A stretch of DNA of 64,000 bases from Candidatus Latescibacterota bacterium (GTDB taxonomy: Bacteria > Latescibacterota > UBA2968 > UBA8231): NCBI GenBank assembly GCA_965197905.1, contig CBDAOB010000005.1, forward strand, positions 1,120,001 to 1,184,000. Reading direction: 5' to 3'. The notes under the pieces are model-generated. The model ran no database searches. It was not told the DNA's origin and saw nothing but the letters and a program-made list of their open reading frames with translations. Of the stretch, positions 38,889-48,635 are shown piece by piece. How positions within the stretch are numbered: position 1 is the first letter of the stretch; each line of letters begins with the position of its first letter. A program made the position numbers and the translations under genes.

Positions 38889-39833
38889 GTGCAACCGGTA
38901 ATTCTCGATGTCGATCCGGGGGTTGATGACGCCCTCGCCATCATCCTGGCTTTGCGATCTCCCGAGCTCGACGTCATCGGCGTGACCACGGTGTGTGGCA
39001 ACGTGCCCGTCGACCTGGCGACGACCAACGCGCTGCAGATCCTCGAGCTCATGCAGCGTTCCGACGTGCCGGTGTTTGCCGGGGCCGGCCGGCCGCTAAA
39101 ACGGAAGCCGGTTCACGCGGGGCATGTTCATGGTGAGACCGGCCTCGGCGAGGCTGTCCTGCCTGAACCCAGCACAGCTGCCTGCGGCGATGCCGTGGGG
39201 TTTCTCATCGACTCCATTTCCTTGCGTCCTGGCGACGTCGCCGTGATAGCCCTGGGGCCGTTGACCAATCTCGCTCTCGCCGAAGCTCGTCAGCCGGGGA
39301 TACTCAGTCGCGCCCGCAACGTAATGGTCATGGGGGGAGCCCTGCTGGAACCTGGGAATGTCAGCCCCGTCGCGGAATTCAATTTCTTTGTCGATCCCGA
39401 CGCGGCTCGGCAGGTATTGCGACTAAAGGCGAATCTGACCTTGGTACCGCTGGACGTTACCCGCAAAGCGGTACTGATGGAGGAATCCGCCTACGAGGCG
39501 GCGCGGGGTGGAGATCCGATTGCGGTATTCTGCGAGGCGGCTGTGCGCACCGCCATCGAGCATGGTGAGAAAACCACCGGTGTCCGTGGCATCTGTCTGC
39601 ATGATCCGCTCGTGGTGGGACTGGCGTGCGATCCGCAACTGTGCGATATGGAGGTCTCATGGATCGAGATAGAGACGGAAGGAGAGCTTACGCGGGGGCA
39701 GGTGGTCTTGGATCGCCGGCCAAATCCGGGGAGGGGTCGGTCGGGAAGGCCGGTGAAATGTGCCAGCGAGCTGAAGTCAGAGCTTTTTATGGAGATGTTT
39801 TTGCAGCGAGCGCTTGGACGCGCGGCCAGATGA
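38889..39833 (+). CDS. Nucleoside hydrolase (IUNH family)
   Basis: DVDPGVDD, HGETG, LGPLTN, AEFNF-DPDAA, LHDP. Confidence 0.92.
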   Translation: MQPVILDVDPGVDDALAIILALRSPELDVIGVTTVCGNVPVDLATTNALQILELMQRSDVPVFAGAGRPLKRKPVHAGHVHGETGLGEAVLPEPSTAACGDAVGFLIDSISLRPGDVAVIALGPLTNLALAEARQPGILSRARNVMVMGGALLEPGNVSPVAEFNFFVDPDAARQVLRLKANLTLVPLDVTRKAVLMEESAYEAARGGDPIAVFCEAAVRTAIEHGEKTTGVRGICLHDPLVVGLACDPQLCDMEVSWIEIETEGELTRGQVVLDRRPNPGRGRSGRPVKCASELKSELFMEMFLQRALGRAAR

Positions 39834-39834
39834 G

Positions 39835-40335
39835 GTGAAGAATCCTCGAGTTGTCGTCTTGATGGGGGTCACCGGCAGCGGCAAGACTACCGTTGGCAAG
39901 CTCCTGGCGACTCACCTCGGACGTCCCTTCTTCGACGGCGACGATTTTCACAACGAGGCCAACGTTGAGAAGATGCGCGCCGGCTTGCCGCTTTCGGATG
40001 AAGATCGGTGGCCGTGGTTACAGAGCCTGGCAGGGAAGATTGACGAGTGGGTTGCCTCTGAAACCGGTGCCATTTTGGGATGTTCAGCATTGAAACAATC
40101 CTACCGTGATTTGCTTGTCGGGGAGCGTTCAGAGGTCGGTCTGGTCTATCTGCGGGGCTCTGCTGAATTGATCTCCCGACGGCTCACCGAGCGCGTACAC
40201 GAGTACATGCCGGCCTCACTGCTCACCAGCCAGTTCGAGACCCTCGAAGAGCCGCGGCACGCCTGTACCGTCGATATTGCGCCGCCCTCCGAAGAGATCG
40301 TGCGGGAGATAGCTATGCGCTTGGAGTTGTATTGA
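39835..40335 (+). CDS. Gluconokinase (GntK/IdnK type)
   Basis: MGVTGSGKTT, DGDDFH, KM-G-PL-D-DRWPWL, CSALK, SQFETLE; start uncertain (39814 or 39835). Confidence 0.9.
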   Translation: MKNPRVVVLMGVTGSGKTTVGKLLATHLGRPFFDGDDFHNEANVEKMRAGLPLSDEDRWPWLQSLAGKIDEWVASETGAILGCSALKQSYRDLLVGERSEVGLVYLRGSAELISRRLTERVHEYMPASLLTSQFETLEEPRHACTVDIAPPSEEIVREIAMRLELY

Positions 40336-40359
40336 TCTCACCTAAATCAGGGACTAACA

Positions 40360-40959
40360 GTGGCTAAGCCGAAGATTGAAAACTGGGAAAAGATCGACAG
40401 CCAGGAGGTGGTCGATTGCAAGATTCTACGAGTGCGCCGGGACCGCTCGAGGTCGCCGCGTACCGGGTCGGTCCACGACGTTCACATTCTGGAGATGCCG
40501 GACTGGATCAACGTGGTTCCCGTGACCGCAGAGGGGAACGTGGTTCTCATTCGCCAGTTTCGTCACGGCATGGAAGAGACGAAACTGGAGATACCGGGTG
40601 GAGCCGTTGAGGCGGGGGAAGCGGATCCCATGCAAGCAGCGCGCAGAGAGTTGCTGGAGGAAACGGGGTATGCAGCAGAGACTCTCGTATCCCTCGGCTC
40701 GGTAGCCCCGAATCCCGCAATACAAAACAACCGATGTTCCAGTTTTCTAGCGGTGAATGCGGCGCTGGCAGGAGGGCAGCAGCTTGACGACGGAGAAGAT
40801 ATCGAGGTCGAAGAGGTGCCATTTCGTTCGATACCCGAACTGATTCGAGACGGCACCATCAATCACAGTCTCGTGGTTGTAGCGTTTTATCTGTTGGAAA
40901 AGTATCTCGAAACCAATCCGCTCTCAGTATTGAAACCAGAGAAACAGGCCGAGAAATAG
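40360..40959 (+). CDS. Nudix hydrolase (ADP-ribose pyrophosphatase-like)
   Basis: LIRQFRHG, EIPGG...AARRELLEETGY. Confidence 0.88.
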   Translation: MAKPKIENWEKIDSQEVVDCKILRVRRDRSRSPRTGSVHDVHILEMPDWINVVPVTAEGNVVLIRQFRHGMEETKLEIPGGAVEAGEADPMQAARRELLEETGYAAETLVSLGSVAPNPAIQNNRCSSFLAVNAALAGGQQLDDGEDIEVEEVPFRSIPELIRDGTINHSLVVVAFYLLEKYLETNPLSVLKPEKQAEK

Positions 40960-42606
40960 CACGACAAGCAAAGCGCCGCTACTGGTTCTCCAACCCTTGC
41001 CGAACAGTCCGCCCGGGCCGTTGAGAATCTCCGCGATGGCCATCAATCCGAACGCGAGAAGCTTTAGGCTTCCCAGGCCGACATCCCGCAGCGGAGCCCC
41101 GATTCGCGTGAATCCGCGAACGGTTGCCGGCAGTAGCTTGCGGTAGACCCAGTCGGTATCGACGTTGACGCAGGGTAGCTCGGGCGTCTCCAGATGTCGC
41201 AACGCCAGCACTGCGAACGCCAAAAGCGCGAACACCAGAAGCTGCAGCTGGGTGACCACGTGGCCGGTCGTATACGGCTCGAAGTCCACAGAGTGGGGCA
41301 GGATCGCGTAGAGTGGCGCGGGATAGACCCCAATGCCGACGCAGAGGGCCGCGGTGATTCCCATGGCTACGAGCATGTTCCAAGGTGCTTCTTTGCAGCG
41401 CAGCCCGGAGTTGTGACCGAAGAAGCCGTAGAATGGGATCTTGATACCGGAGTACACGCCGGCAGAGGCGAAGAGGAGAACGAACCAGGCAGCCGTGTAA
41501 CCTCCGTTGGCGACGGAGGTCAGAGTCAGGGATTTGGTCACAAAACCACTGAACAACGGGAATGCGGATATGGAAGCGGCTCCGATGATACAAAAGAAGG
41601 TCGTCAAAGGCATCGACTTGTAGAGTCCGCCCAACTCAGATGCCTTCACGGTTCCCACACGATGCAGGACCGCACCCATAGACATGAACAATAGCGCCTT
41701 GTAGAGGATGTGGGCGAAGGCATGGGAGACGGCGCCGTTGATCCCCATCGCTGTTCCCACTCCGATGCCGACTACCATGAATCCCAGTTGATTGTTAAGG
41801 CTATAGGCCAGCACTCTGCGCAGGTCATTCTCAATCACCGCGAAAAACACAGGAAAGGCTGTCATCGCCACCCCGATCGGAATCAGGATATCGGTGCCCG
41901 GATAACCGCGGGCGAGGGTGTAGACCGCCAGCTTGGTGGTAAAAGCACTCAGAAAGACGGTTCCCGTTACGGTCGCTTCGGGATAGGCATCCTGGAGCCA
42001 GTTGTGCAGGAAGGGGAAGGCACATTTGATGCCGAAGGCCAGAAAGATCAACTTGCCACCCAGGCTATCGATTCCCAGCTCCCCGAAGATGATCGATCCG
42101 GTTTCGTGGACGTGCATCAGCACGCCTGCCAGAAGTATTACGCCGGATCCGACCTGAATGACCAGATAACGCATGCCGGCCTTGTACGCCCGTTCGGTGC
42201 GCGAGCTCCAGATCAGAAAGACCGAAGAGATCGCGGTTAGCTCCCAGTAGACGAACAGGGTGATGAGGTCGCCGGCGAAGGCGCCCCCGATGGCGCTGCC
42301 GGCGTAGATCAACCCCGCCACATGTTGGGTGTTGTCTTTCAGGTGAAGCGCATACACCACGCTCAGAATCGCGGCGATGTGGAAGATGTAGCCGAATACG
42401 AGGCTGAGCTTGTCGATGCGAACGGCGGCGAGGGTGTAGTCGAAGATCTCGATCTGCCCGTAGATGCCCGGCGACATGTGGTAGAGGTGCGCGAGGCTCG
42501 CCACGGGCAACAGCAGGAGGTATACGGCCTGCAATCGCGTCCGCAGCAGCGGTACCAGCAAGGCACCCAGGATCATCACCGATCCGGGCGGCAGATTAAC
42601 CGTCAT
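40924..42606 (-). CDS. mrpD: Mrp Na+/H+ antiporter subunit D (third D-like subunit)
   Basis: Proton-antiporter membrane subunit: YWE, PFLHNWLQDAYP, LSAFTTK, RRVLAYS, HILYKALLF. Confidence 0.85.
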   Translation of the reverse strand: MTVNLPPGSVMILGALLVPLLRTRLQAVYLLLLPVASLAHLYHMSPGIYGQIEIFDYTLAAVRIDKLSLVFGYIFHIAAILSVVYALHLKDNTQHVAGLIYAGSAIGGAFAGDLITLFVYWELTAISSVFLIWSSRTERAYKAGMRYLVIQVGSGVILLAGVLMHVHETGSIIFGELGIDSLGGKLIFLAFGIKCAFPFLHNWLQDAYPEATVTGTVFLSAFTTKLAVYTLARGYPGTDILIPIGVAMTAFPVFFAVIENDLRRVLAYSLNNQLGFMVVGIGVGTAMGINGAVSHAFAHILYKALLFMSMGAVLHRVGTVKASELGGLYKSMPLTTFFCIIGAASISAFPLFSGFVTKSLTLTSVANGGYTAAWFVLLFASAGVYSGIKIPFYGFFGHNSGLRCKEAPWNMLVAMGITAALCVGIGVYPAPLYAILPHSVDFEPYTTGHVVTQLQLLVFALLAFAVLALRHLETPELPCVNVDTDWVYRKLLPATVRGFTRIGAPLRDVGLGSLKLLAFGLMAIAEILNGPGGLFGKGWRTSSGALLVVLFLGLFLWFQY

Positions 42607-42865
42607 AATAATCTTCCTTGCGCATTACGACGCGTCGCCAGAGCCAACCGCCACCGACGATTAACGAGTAGGCGATGAAACCGAAGATGGCGTAGAACCC
42701 GAACCACTCCTCGATGGCGTAGTGCACGTGCTTGTGGTAGACCAGGTCGGCGAGGATCAGGAGGACACTGACTACCAATAGCGAAACGAACAGCTTCTTT
42801 ATGCTGCCCGGCCGCTCCAGCCATCCGGCTTGCTGATCACCTGCCTGATTTTTTTCCTCTTCCAT
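42596..42865 (-). CDS. Small membrane protein within the mrp operon
   Basis: Two TM helices; translationally coupled between D-like subunits. Confidence 0.7.
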   Translation of the reverse strand: MEEEKNQAGDQQAGWLERPGSIKKLFVSLLVVSVLLILADLVYHKHVHYAIEEWFGFYAIFGFIAYSLIVGGGWLWRRVVMRKEDYYDG

Positions 42866-42871
42866 CTCAGC

Positions 42872-44335
42872 TCACCTGCCGACGATAGGGAGAAGCATGC
42901 GGTAAAGATCGTCGGCGTAGAAAAAGAGTACCAAACATCCCAACGCGGTAATACATAACGGCATGACGCAAAAGAAGGGCGCCTCGTTGAATTTCAATTT
43001 CGGACCCGGACTCGCGGGAGTCGCGAAGAACGCCCGCGCCACTACCGGCATCAGGTAGCCTATGTTCAAGAGCGAGCTGAACATCAGCACCGCCACAAAA
43101 ACAATCTGGTCAGCCTCGAGCGCACCCAACGCCAAATACCACTTGCTCCACGAGCCGCCCAGCGGAGGAACTCCGATGATACTCAAAGCCCCGATCAGAA
43201 AGGCGAACAAGGTTATCGGCATAGCCCGCCCGATCCCGGTCATATCGCTGATCTCGGTCTTGTGCAGAGCTACGTTTATGGCTCCGGCGCAGAAAAACAG
43301 GGTGATCTTGCCGAACGCGTGCATCGCAATGTGCATGCTGCCGCCGATCACGCTCCAACCGGTGGCCAGCGCGGCGCCCAGTACAACGTAGGCCAGCTGA
43401 CTGATGGTGGAGTAGGCCAGACGAGCCTTCAGATTGTCTTTGGTAAAAGCGACCAGGGAAGCGATGATCACCGTGCCTCCGGCGACATACATCAGCCAGA
43501 TGTTGGCGCCGGTGCTGCTGAGAAAATCGATGCCGAAGATGTAGACGATCACCTTCATCACCGTAAATACACCAGCCTTGACGACGGCTACGGCGTGCAG
43601 TAGCGCGCTTACGGGGGTAGGTGCCACCATTGCCGCAGGGAGCCATCGGTGGAACGGCATCAGGGCAGCTTTGCCGGTGCCGAAGGCATACAGAGCTAGG
43701 AGTACGACCACCATGCCTTCGCTCGCCTTGCCTTCGAGAATGCCTCCAGGAACGAAGTCAACCGTGCCCGCGATATGCCAGGTCCACACCAGTGCCAGCA
43801 GCAGGAAACCGACGGAGGTGCCCAGGAGAATACCCATGTAGATCCGCCCGGACTTTCGCGCCTCCGCGGATCTGTGATGAGTCACCAGGGGATAGGTCGA
43901 AAGGGTGAGAACCTCGTAGAAGATGAATAGAGTGAACATGTTCGCAGCAAAGGCCACACCCAAGGCGGCGGTGATAGCTACGGCAAAAAAGAAATAGAAG
44001 CGGGTCTGCTGTTCCTCGTGATGTCCCCGCATGTACCCGATGGAGTAGAGCGAGGTGATGATCCAGAGTCCCGAGGCAACCAGGCCAAACAACATACCCA
44101 GGGGTTCGATCTTGAATCCGATGGAAAGGCCAGGAAGGACCTGAATCAGTTCGACGGCCGGGTGAAATCCTGCGAGCACCTGCGGCACCAGAGAGACCAC
44201 CACCACGAAGGTCGCCACGCCCGTGACCAGCGTCGCCAGTTCGCGCAGGTTGGGGCGCCGCCCAAGCAGAGCGATGACCGGCGAGCCGGCCAGGGGCAAC
44301 AGGATGGCGGTGATGATGGCGGTGGAGGCGATCAT
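42872..44335 (-). CDS. mrpD: Mrp antiporter subunit D-like (second)
   Basis: FYE, PFHRWLPAAMVAPTPVSALLHAVAVVKAG, LKARLAYST, HAFGK. Confidence 0.88.
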   Translation of the reverse strand: MIASTAIITAILLPLAGSPVIALLGRRPNLRELATLVTGVATFVVVVSLVPQVLAGFHPAVELIQVLPGLSIGFKIEPLGMLFGLVASGLWIITSLYSIGYMRGHHEEQQTRFYFFFAVAITAALGVAFAANMFTLFIFYEVLTLSTYPLVTHHRSAEARKSGRIYMGILLGTSVGFLLLALVWTWHIAGTVDFVPGGILEGKASEGMVVVLLALYAFGTGKAALMPFHRWLPAAMVAPTPVSALLHAVAVVKAGVFTVMKVIVYIFGIDFLSSTGANIWLMYVAGGTVIIASLVAFTKDNLKARLAYSTISQLAYVVLGAALATGWSVIGGSMHIAMHAFGKITLFFCAGAINVALHKTEISDMTGIGRAMPITLFAFLIGALSIIGVPPLGGSWSKWYLALGALEADQIVFVAVLMFSSLLNIGYLMPVVARAFFATPASPGPKLKFNEAPFFCVMPLCITALGCLVLFFYADDLYRMLLPIVGR

Positions 44336-45819
44336 GCTCCGTTCCCCAGCAACCAGCGCGCGGCGTGCTTAGCGACGCCGGCTGTCTGCGATGTGAAGAT
44401 ACCCAGCACAAGGGTGGCGCCGATCAGCAGCCACATCGGAATTTGCATGGTAAAAGGCGCTTCGGTCACGGTGTCCTTGCCCTCAGGAACCGGCTGAAAG
44501 TAGGCTACTTCGACGACTCGCCATACGTAGACCGCCGCCAACAAAGAGCTCAACAGCAGCAGAAACGCCAGCGGCCACCACCCCTTCTCCAGGGCTGCCT
44601 GGATGAGGTACCACTTGCTGACGAACCCCACGGTCAACGGAACGCCGATCAGACTCAGGCCACCAAGAACGAACGCGGTCATGGTTACCGGCATTCTCTT
44701 TCCGAGTCCCTGGAGATCCTTGAGCTCTACCGAGCCAATGCGGAGCGCGATACACCCCATGGCAAGGAACAACCCGCCCTTCATCAGGGCATGGTTGAAT
44801 AGATGCACGATGCCAGATGTGAGGCCGTTGAGCGACAGCAGACTGATGCCCAGCATCATATAGCCCACCTGGGCGACGCTGGAATAGGCCAGCATGCGTT
44901 TGATGTTGGTCTGGAAGATCGCCACCGTCGAAGCGACGAAGATTCCCACTACAGCCAGGGGCATTAACACCTGGTCGACCCGCATAGTCGCAAAGGAAAA
45001 ATCGACGCCGAATATGGTGAACGCGAAACGCAGGAAAACGTAGATCGAAACCTTCGTTGCGGTGGCAGCGATAAACGCGCTGACCACCGATGGCGCATAA
45101 GCGTAGGCGTTTGGCAACCACAAGTGGAGTGGGAACAACGCCAACTTGAGAAATACACCGACACTGAAGAACGCAAAGGCGACCAGCACGGTGCGGCTTC
45201 CGCTGGCCGGTGCCATTTGCAGTCTGGTGGCGAGGTCAGCCATGTTCAGGGTGCCCGTCATCATATACATCAGGCCGACACCGATCAGGATGAAGGTGGC
45301 GCCGATGGTGCCCATCACCAGGTACTGGTAAGCTGCGGTCAGGGCGCGGCGGTCCTTGCCCATGCTGATCAGGGCGTAGGATGACAGGGACGAGATCTCC
45401 AGAAAAACGAAGAGATTGAAAGCGTCGCCGGTAGCTGCGATCCCGAGCAAACCGGTGAGGCAGAGCAAGTAGGCGGTGTAGAACAGCGTCTGGTGGCGCT
45501 TGGCAATTTCGGCCCCAACGCTTGCCGGGGCGTAAAGAAGCACGACCGTGGCGATGAGTCCCACCAGCAGCAGCACGAAGGCATTCACCACATCGATACG
45601 CAATTCGATGCCCCAGGGCGGGCTCCAGCCGCCCACGGCATACGACAGCGCACCGTGTTCCAGGACCGCCGTCAGCAGCTGCGCTGCGATCACCATCGTG
45701 CAGGCGCTCACGAGAACGGAAAACGCCCACACCAAATGCCGCTGGCGCAAGAGCAGGCAGATTGGAGCTGCCACCAGCGGTACGACGATCTGCAGGACGG
45801 GCAGGTGTGTTTCGATCAT
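44332..45819 (-). CDS. mrpD: Mrp antiporter subunit D (first)
   Basis: DAFNLFVFLE, PLHLWLPNAY, KRMLAYSS, NHALMK. Confidence 0.9.
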   Translation of the reverse strand: MIETHLPVLQIVVPLVAAPICLLLRQRHLVWAFSVLVSACTMVIAAQLLTAVLEHGALSYAVGGWSPPWGIELRIDVVNAFVLLLVGLIATVVLLYAPASVGAEIAKRHQTLFYTAYLLCLTGLLGIAATGDAFNLFVFLEISSLSSYALISMGKDRRALTAAYQYLVMGTIGATFILIGVGLMYMMTGTLNMADLATRLQMAPASGSRTVLVAFAFFSVGVFLKLALFPLHLWLPNAYAYAPSVVSAFIAATATKVSIYVFLRFAFTIFGVDFSFATMRVDQVLMPLAVVGIFVASTVAIFQTNIKRMLAYSSVAQVGYMMLGISLLSLNGLTSGIVHLFNHALMKGGLFLAMGCIALRIGSVELKDLQGLGKRMPVTMTAFVLGGLSLIGVPLTVGFVSKWYLIQAALEKGWWPLAFLLLLSSLLAAVYVWRVVEVAYFQPVPEGKDTVTEAPFTMQIPMWLLIGATLVLGIFTSQTAGVAKHAARWLLGNGA

Positions 45820-46169
45820 GATTCGCGGTCCTGATCCTGGATCTCGTCCTCTTCAATGGTTCCATAGGCGCGGTAGATGCGGACCACCAGGGCGAAACCG
45901 AGGGAGGTGGTGGCAATGCCGACGACGATGGCCGTCAGGATCAGGACATGCGGTAACGGGTTGGAGTAGATCTCGACCCCTTCGGAAACGATCGGGGCAG
46001 TGCCGCCTCTTACCTTGCCCATGGTAATGTAGAGCAGGAATACAGAGGTCTGAAAGATGTTCAATCCGATGATCTTCTTGACCAGATTGCCACGCGATAT
46101 CACCACGTAGAACCCGGTCATCATCAGAAAGACGACGGCCCAGTAGTTGAAATGGACGGGAAGGCTCAT
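45816..46169 (-). CDS. mrpC: Mrp antiporter subunit C
   Basis: NLVKKIIGL, NPLPHVLILTAIVVG. Confidence 0.92.
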   Translation of the reverse strand: MSLPVHFNYWAVVFLMMTGFYVVISRGNLVKKIIGLNIFQTSVFLLYITMGKVRGGTAPIVSEGVEIYSNPLPHVLILTAIVVGIATTSLGFALVVRIYRAYGTIEEDEIQDQDRES

Positions 46170-46588
46170 TCGGTGTAACGCCGTTCCGCGAAAGCGAAGA
46201 AGATGGCGATCATGACCGCGGCAACGGTGATGCCCACACCCAGCTCGATCACCAGGATTCCTATATGCTGTCCGTGGACCGGGTCATGTTGCAGAACCCC
46301 GTAATCGAGGAAGTTTCCCCCCATCAGGATACCGGCGACGCCGGTGCCAGCATACAGCAGAACACCGAAAGCGATCAAGGCGTGAACCAGGGGAGGTTTG
46401 GCGAATCTCTGGGTATCGTCGAGACCGAAGACGAGCGTGTGCAGGACGAACGCGGCGGCGAATATGACGCCCGCCTGGAAACCGCCGCCAGGCCCGAAAT
46501 CGCCATGGAATTGTACGTACAGGGCGAACAACAGAATGAACGGAATGAACAGCTTGGTAACGACCCGGAGAACTAGCTGGAATCTCAT
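46166..46588 (-). CDS. mrpB: Mrp antiporter subunit B
   Basis: HGDFGPGGGFQAG, IELGVG. Confidence 0.92.
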   Translation of the reverse strand: MRFQLVLRVVTKLFIPFILLFALYVQFHGDFGPGGGFQAGVIFAAAFVLHTLVFGLDDTQRFAKPPLVHALIAFGVLLYAGTGVAGILMGGNFLDYGVLQHDPVHGQHIGILVIELGVGITVAAVMIAIFFAFAERRYTE

Positions 46589-47139
46589 GTTTCGTCCTCC
46601 TCGTCCTCCAAACGCCGGGGCCAGACCTGTCCCAGCAGCAGGAGAACCCCAACTGCCGCAGCGAGCACGACCGTGGTCTCGCCCAGTGTGTCGAATCCTC
46701 TGTAGCTAGCAAGCACCGAGGTCACCATGTTCGGCACTCCGATTTCGGTGGGCGAGTCGTTGATGTACCGCGGTGCCACGTGAAGATGTATCGGTGCCTG
46801 AGGATCTCCGAAGTGGGGCATGTCGGCGGTGCCGTAGATGAGGGCCGCCCCGGTCAAAAATACCAGGACCAGCGGCCACCACGGTCTTCGGGCAGGCTCC
46901 TTCTCAGTGCTTTTGGTCAAGATCAACGTGCCGATGCCCAATACAGTGGTAATGCCAGCGCCGACCGCCGCTTCGGTGAACGCCACGTCCACCGCATCCA
47001 GAAGGAGAAACATGCCGGCCGACAGCAAGCTGAAGAATCCAGCAATTACGATGGCAGCGAAAAGATTATGCAGGCGGACGATACTGACGGCAATCACCGC
47101 AATGAAGACTAGCAACAGACCGTTGAGTAGCTCGATCAC
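46585..47139 (-). CDS. Mrp antiporter DUF4040/MnhB-related subunit (MrpA C-terminal fragment equivalent)
   Basis: DVAFTEAAVGAG, PNMVTSVLASYRGFDTLGE. Confidence 0.88.
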   Translation of the reverse strand: MIELLNGLLLVFIAVIAVSIVRLHNLFAAIVIAGFFSLLSAGMFLLLDAVDVAFTEAAVGAGITTVLGIGTLILTKSTEKEPARRPWWPLVLVFLTGAALIYGTADMPHFGDPQAPIHLHVAPRYINDSPTEIGVPNMVTSVLASYRGFDTLGETTVVLAAAVGVLLLLGQVWPRRLEDEEDET

Positions 47140-47453
47140 GCGTCGCTATTCTCCTCGGTGGTAACCGGTTCCAGGCCGGCCAGGCGGGCGGCCCGAGCGA
47201 CGGCGTGAGTGGCTGTCGGGCTGGTGATCAGCAGGATGCCTACGACCATTACCAGCTTGACCGTCACCAACTCAAATCCGGCTTGAACCATCAGGCCGGT
47301 AAGCAGAAGGCCGGCTCCGAGAGTGTCGGTGATGCCGGCGCCGTGAATGCGGGCGAAAAAGTCGGGCAGCCGAATGAGACCTATACCGCCGACAATGCAG
47401 AAAAAGGAGCCGGCGAGCAGCAGCACCCAGCTGACAACGTCGGTCAATTCCAT
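47136..47453 (-). CDS. mrpG: Mrp antiporter subunit G
   Basis: GLIRLPDFFARIH, DTLG, P-ATHAVARAA. Confidence 0.92.
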   Translation of the reverse strand: MELTDVVSWVLLLAGSFFCIVGGIGLIRLPDFFARIHGAGITDTLGAGLLLTGLMVQAGFELVTVKLVMVVGILLITSPTATHAVARAARLAGLEPVTTEENSDA

Positions 47454-47743
47454 TGTTCTGCCTGGGCCTTTTCCACGGCCTCTCCTGTTGTTGCCAGGTT
47501 GTCGTACTCGACAAACTTCAAAATCGCAAACACGCCGATGAAGTTCAGAAACACGTAGATCAGAGCCAGATCGAGGAAATCGGGGCGACCGGTGGCGAAT
47601 CCAAGCACGGCGATGAGCAGTACCGTCTTCGTCCCCGCCATATTCACCGCCAGGATCCGATCGTAGACCGTCGGACCTTTGACGGCGCGTACCATGGCGA
47701 GGATCATGGTCACGAGGATGGCGGCTATCGCGGCGAAGAACAT
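47444..47743 (-). CDS. mrpF: Mrp antiporter subunit F
   Basis: RAVKGPTVYDRILA, DLALIY; ATG overlaps the mrpE stop (TGATG). Confidence 0.9.
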   Translation of the reverse strand: MFFAAIAAILVTMILAMVRAVKGPTVYDRILAVNMAGTKTVLLIAVLGFATGRPDFLDLALIYVFLNFIGVFAILKFVEYDNLATTGEAVEKAQAEQWN

Positions 47744-48219
47744 CAGCGCGATCCCTCCAGTCCGGTTACCTTGCGGTCCATTTCGCCGGTCTGCAGATCC
47801 TCGGCGCTTTCGCTCGTTAACGCGTGTACGAGGATGCGTCCTTCCCCGACGTCGACCGATACGGTGCCCGGTGTCAGCGTAATCGAATTGGCGTAGATAA
47901 CCTGCCCGAGAGCGGTTTTCTGCCCGGATTTGACCTCCACCAGTTTCGGGTTGATTCGCAACCGGGGGCTCAATATGCGCGCCGTAACATCCACGTTGGC
48001 TTTGGCGATCGCCCAAAGGAGCCAGGGCAGATAGACGATCATCCGGAACGCCAGACCGATCACCGAGCCCTCGTTGTCGTTGATGTCGAGACGGACAGCC
48101 ACGAACGCGACGAATAGGCAGGAGATACCCCCGAGCGAGATGAGCAGGGAGTTGTAAATCCCCGACCATAACAACCAGATTCCAAACAGGCTGAGGAATA
48201 AACCAACGGTGTATCGCAT
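47743..48219 (-). CDS. mrpE: Mrp antiporter subunit E
   Basis: WLLWSG, ANSITLTPGT, VHAL. Confidence 0.92.
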   Translation of the reverse strand: MRYTVGLFLSLFGIWLLWSGIYNSLLISLGGISCLFVAFVAVRLDINDNEGSVIGLAFRMIVYLPWLLWAIAKANVDVTARILSPRLRINPKLVEVKSGQKTALGQVIYANSITLTPGTVSVDVGEGRILVHALTSESAEDLQTGEMDRKVTGLEGSR

Positions 48220-48282
48220 AACTGCTGTTTCCAGCTCTCTTTTAGACCTTAAAACAGTTCGCAAAGGCAATAATTTCACTAA

Positions 48283-48310
48283 TTTATAACCCCCCCGACA
48301 CGAAAGTCAA
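48283..48310 (-). promoter_or_regulatory. Sigma70-like promoter of the mrp operon
   Basis: Minus strand TTGACT-N16-TATAAA (or N18-TAAATT) in an AT-rich patch about 65 nt upstream of mrpE. Confidence 0.6.
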
Positions 48311-48635
48311 GGACAAACTTGGAACCGTGATAACGGTGAATTTCGCGGTTGGACCCGCCGCCGGAGCTGGCTGGACTCGGGGAAAGCCGACACCCATATT
48401 TCGCCGTCAATGGCGGCGGACACGCGATAGTGCCATGCCCGTTTTCGGTGTCAAATGGCAGCATTCCGCCCGGATGTTGATCTTAATGAGTAGACCGGGT
48501 GACGACTCCCGGATCTAGAGTCATGAAACGAAGAGCCACCCGCGGGTCGGATTCGAGGCGTCGAACGTCCGGGCGGCTTGTCAGAGTCTGCGTTGTACCA
48601 CCCTGAAGTCCCCGTGATTTCCATCACGGAGGCCG

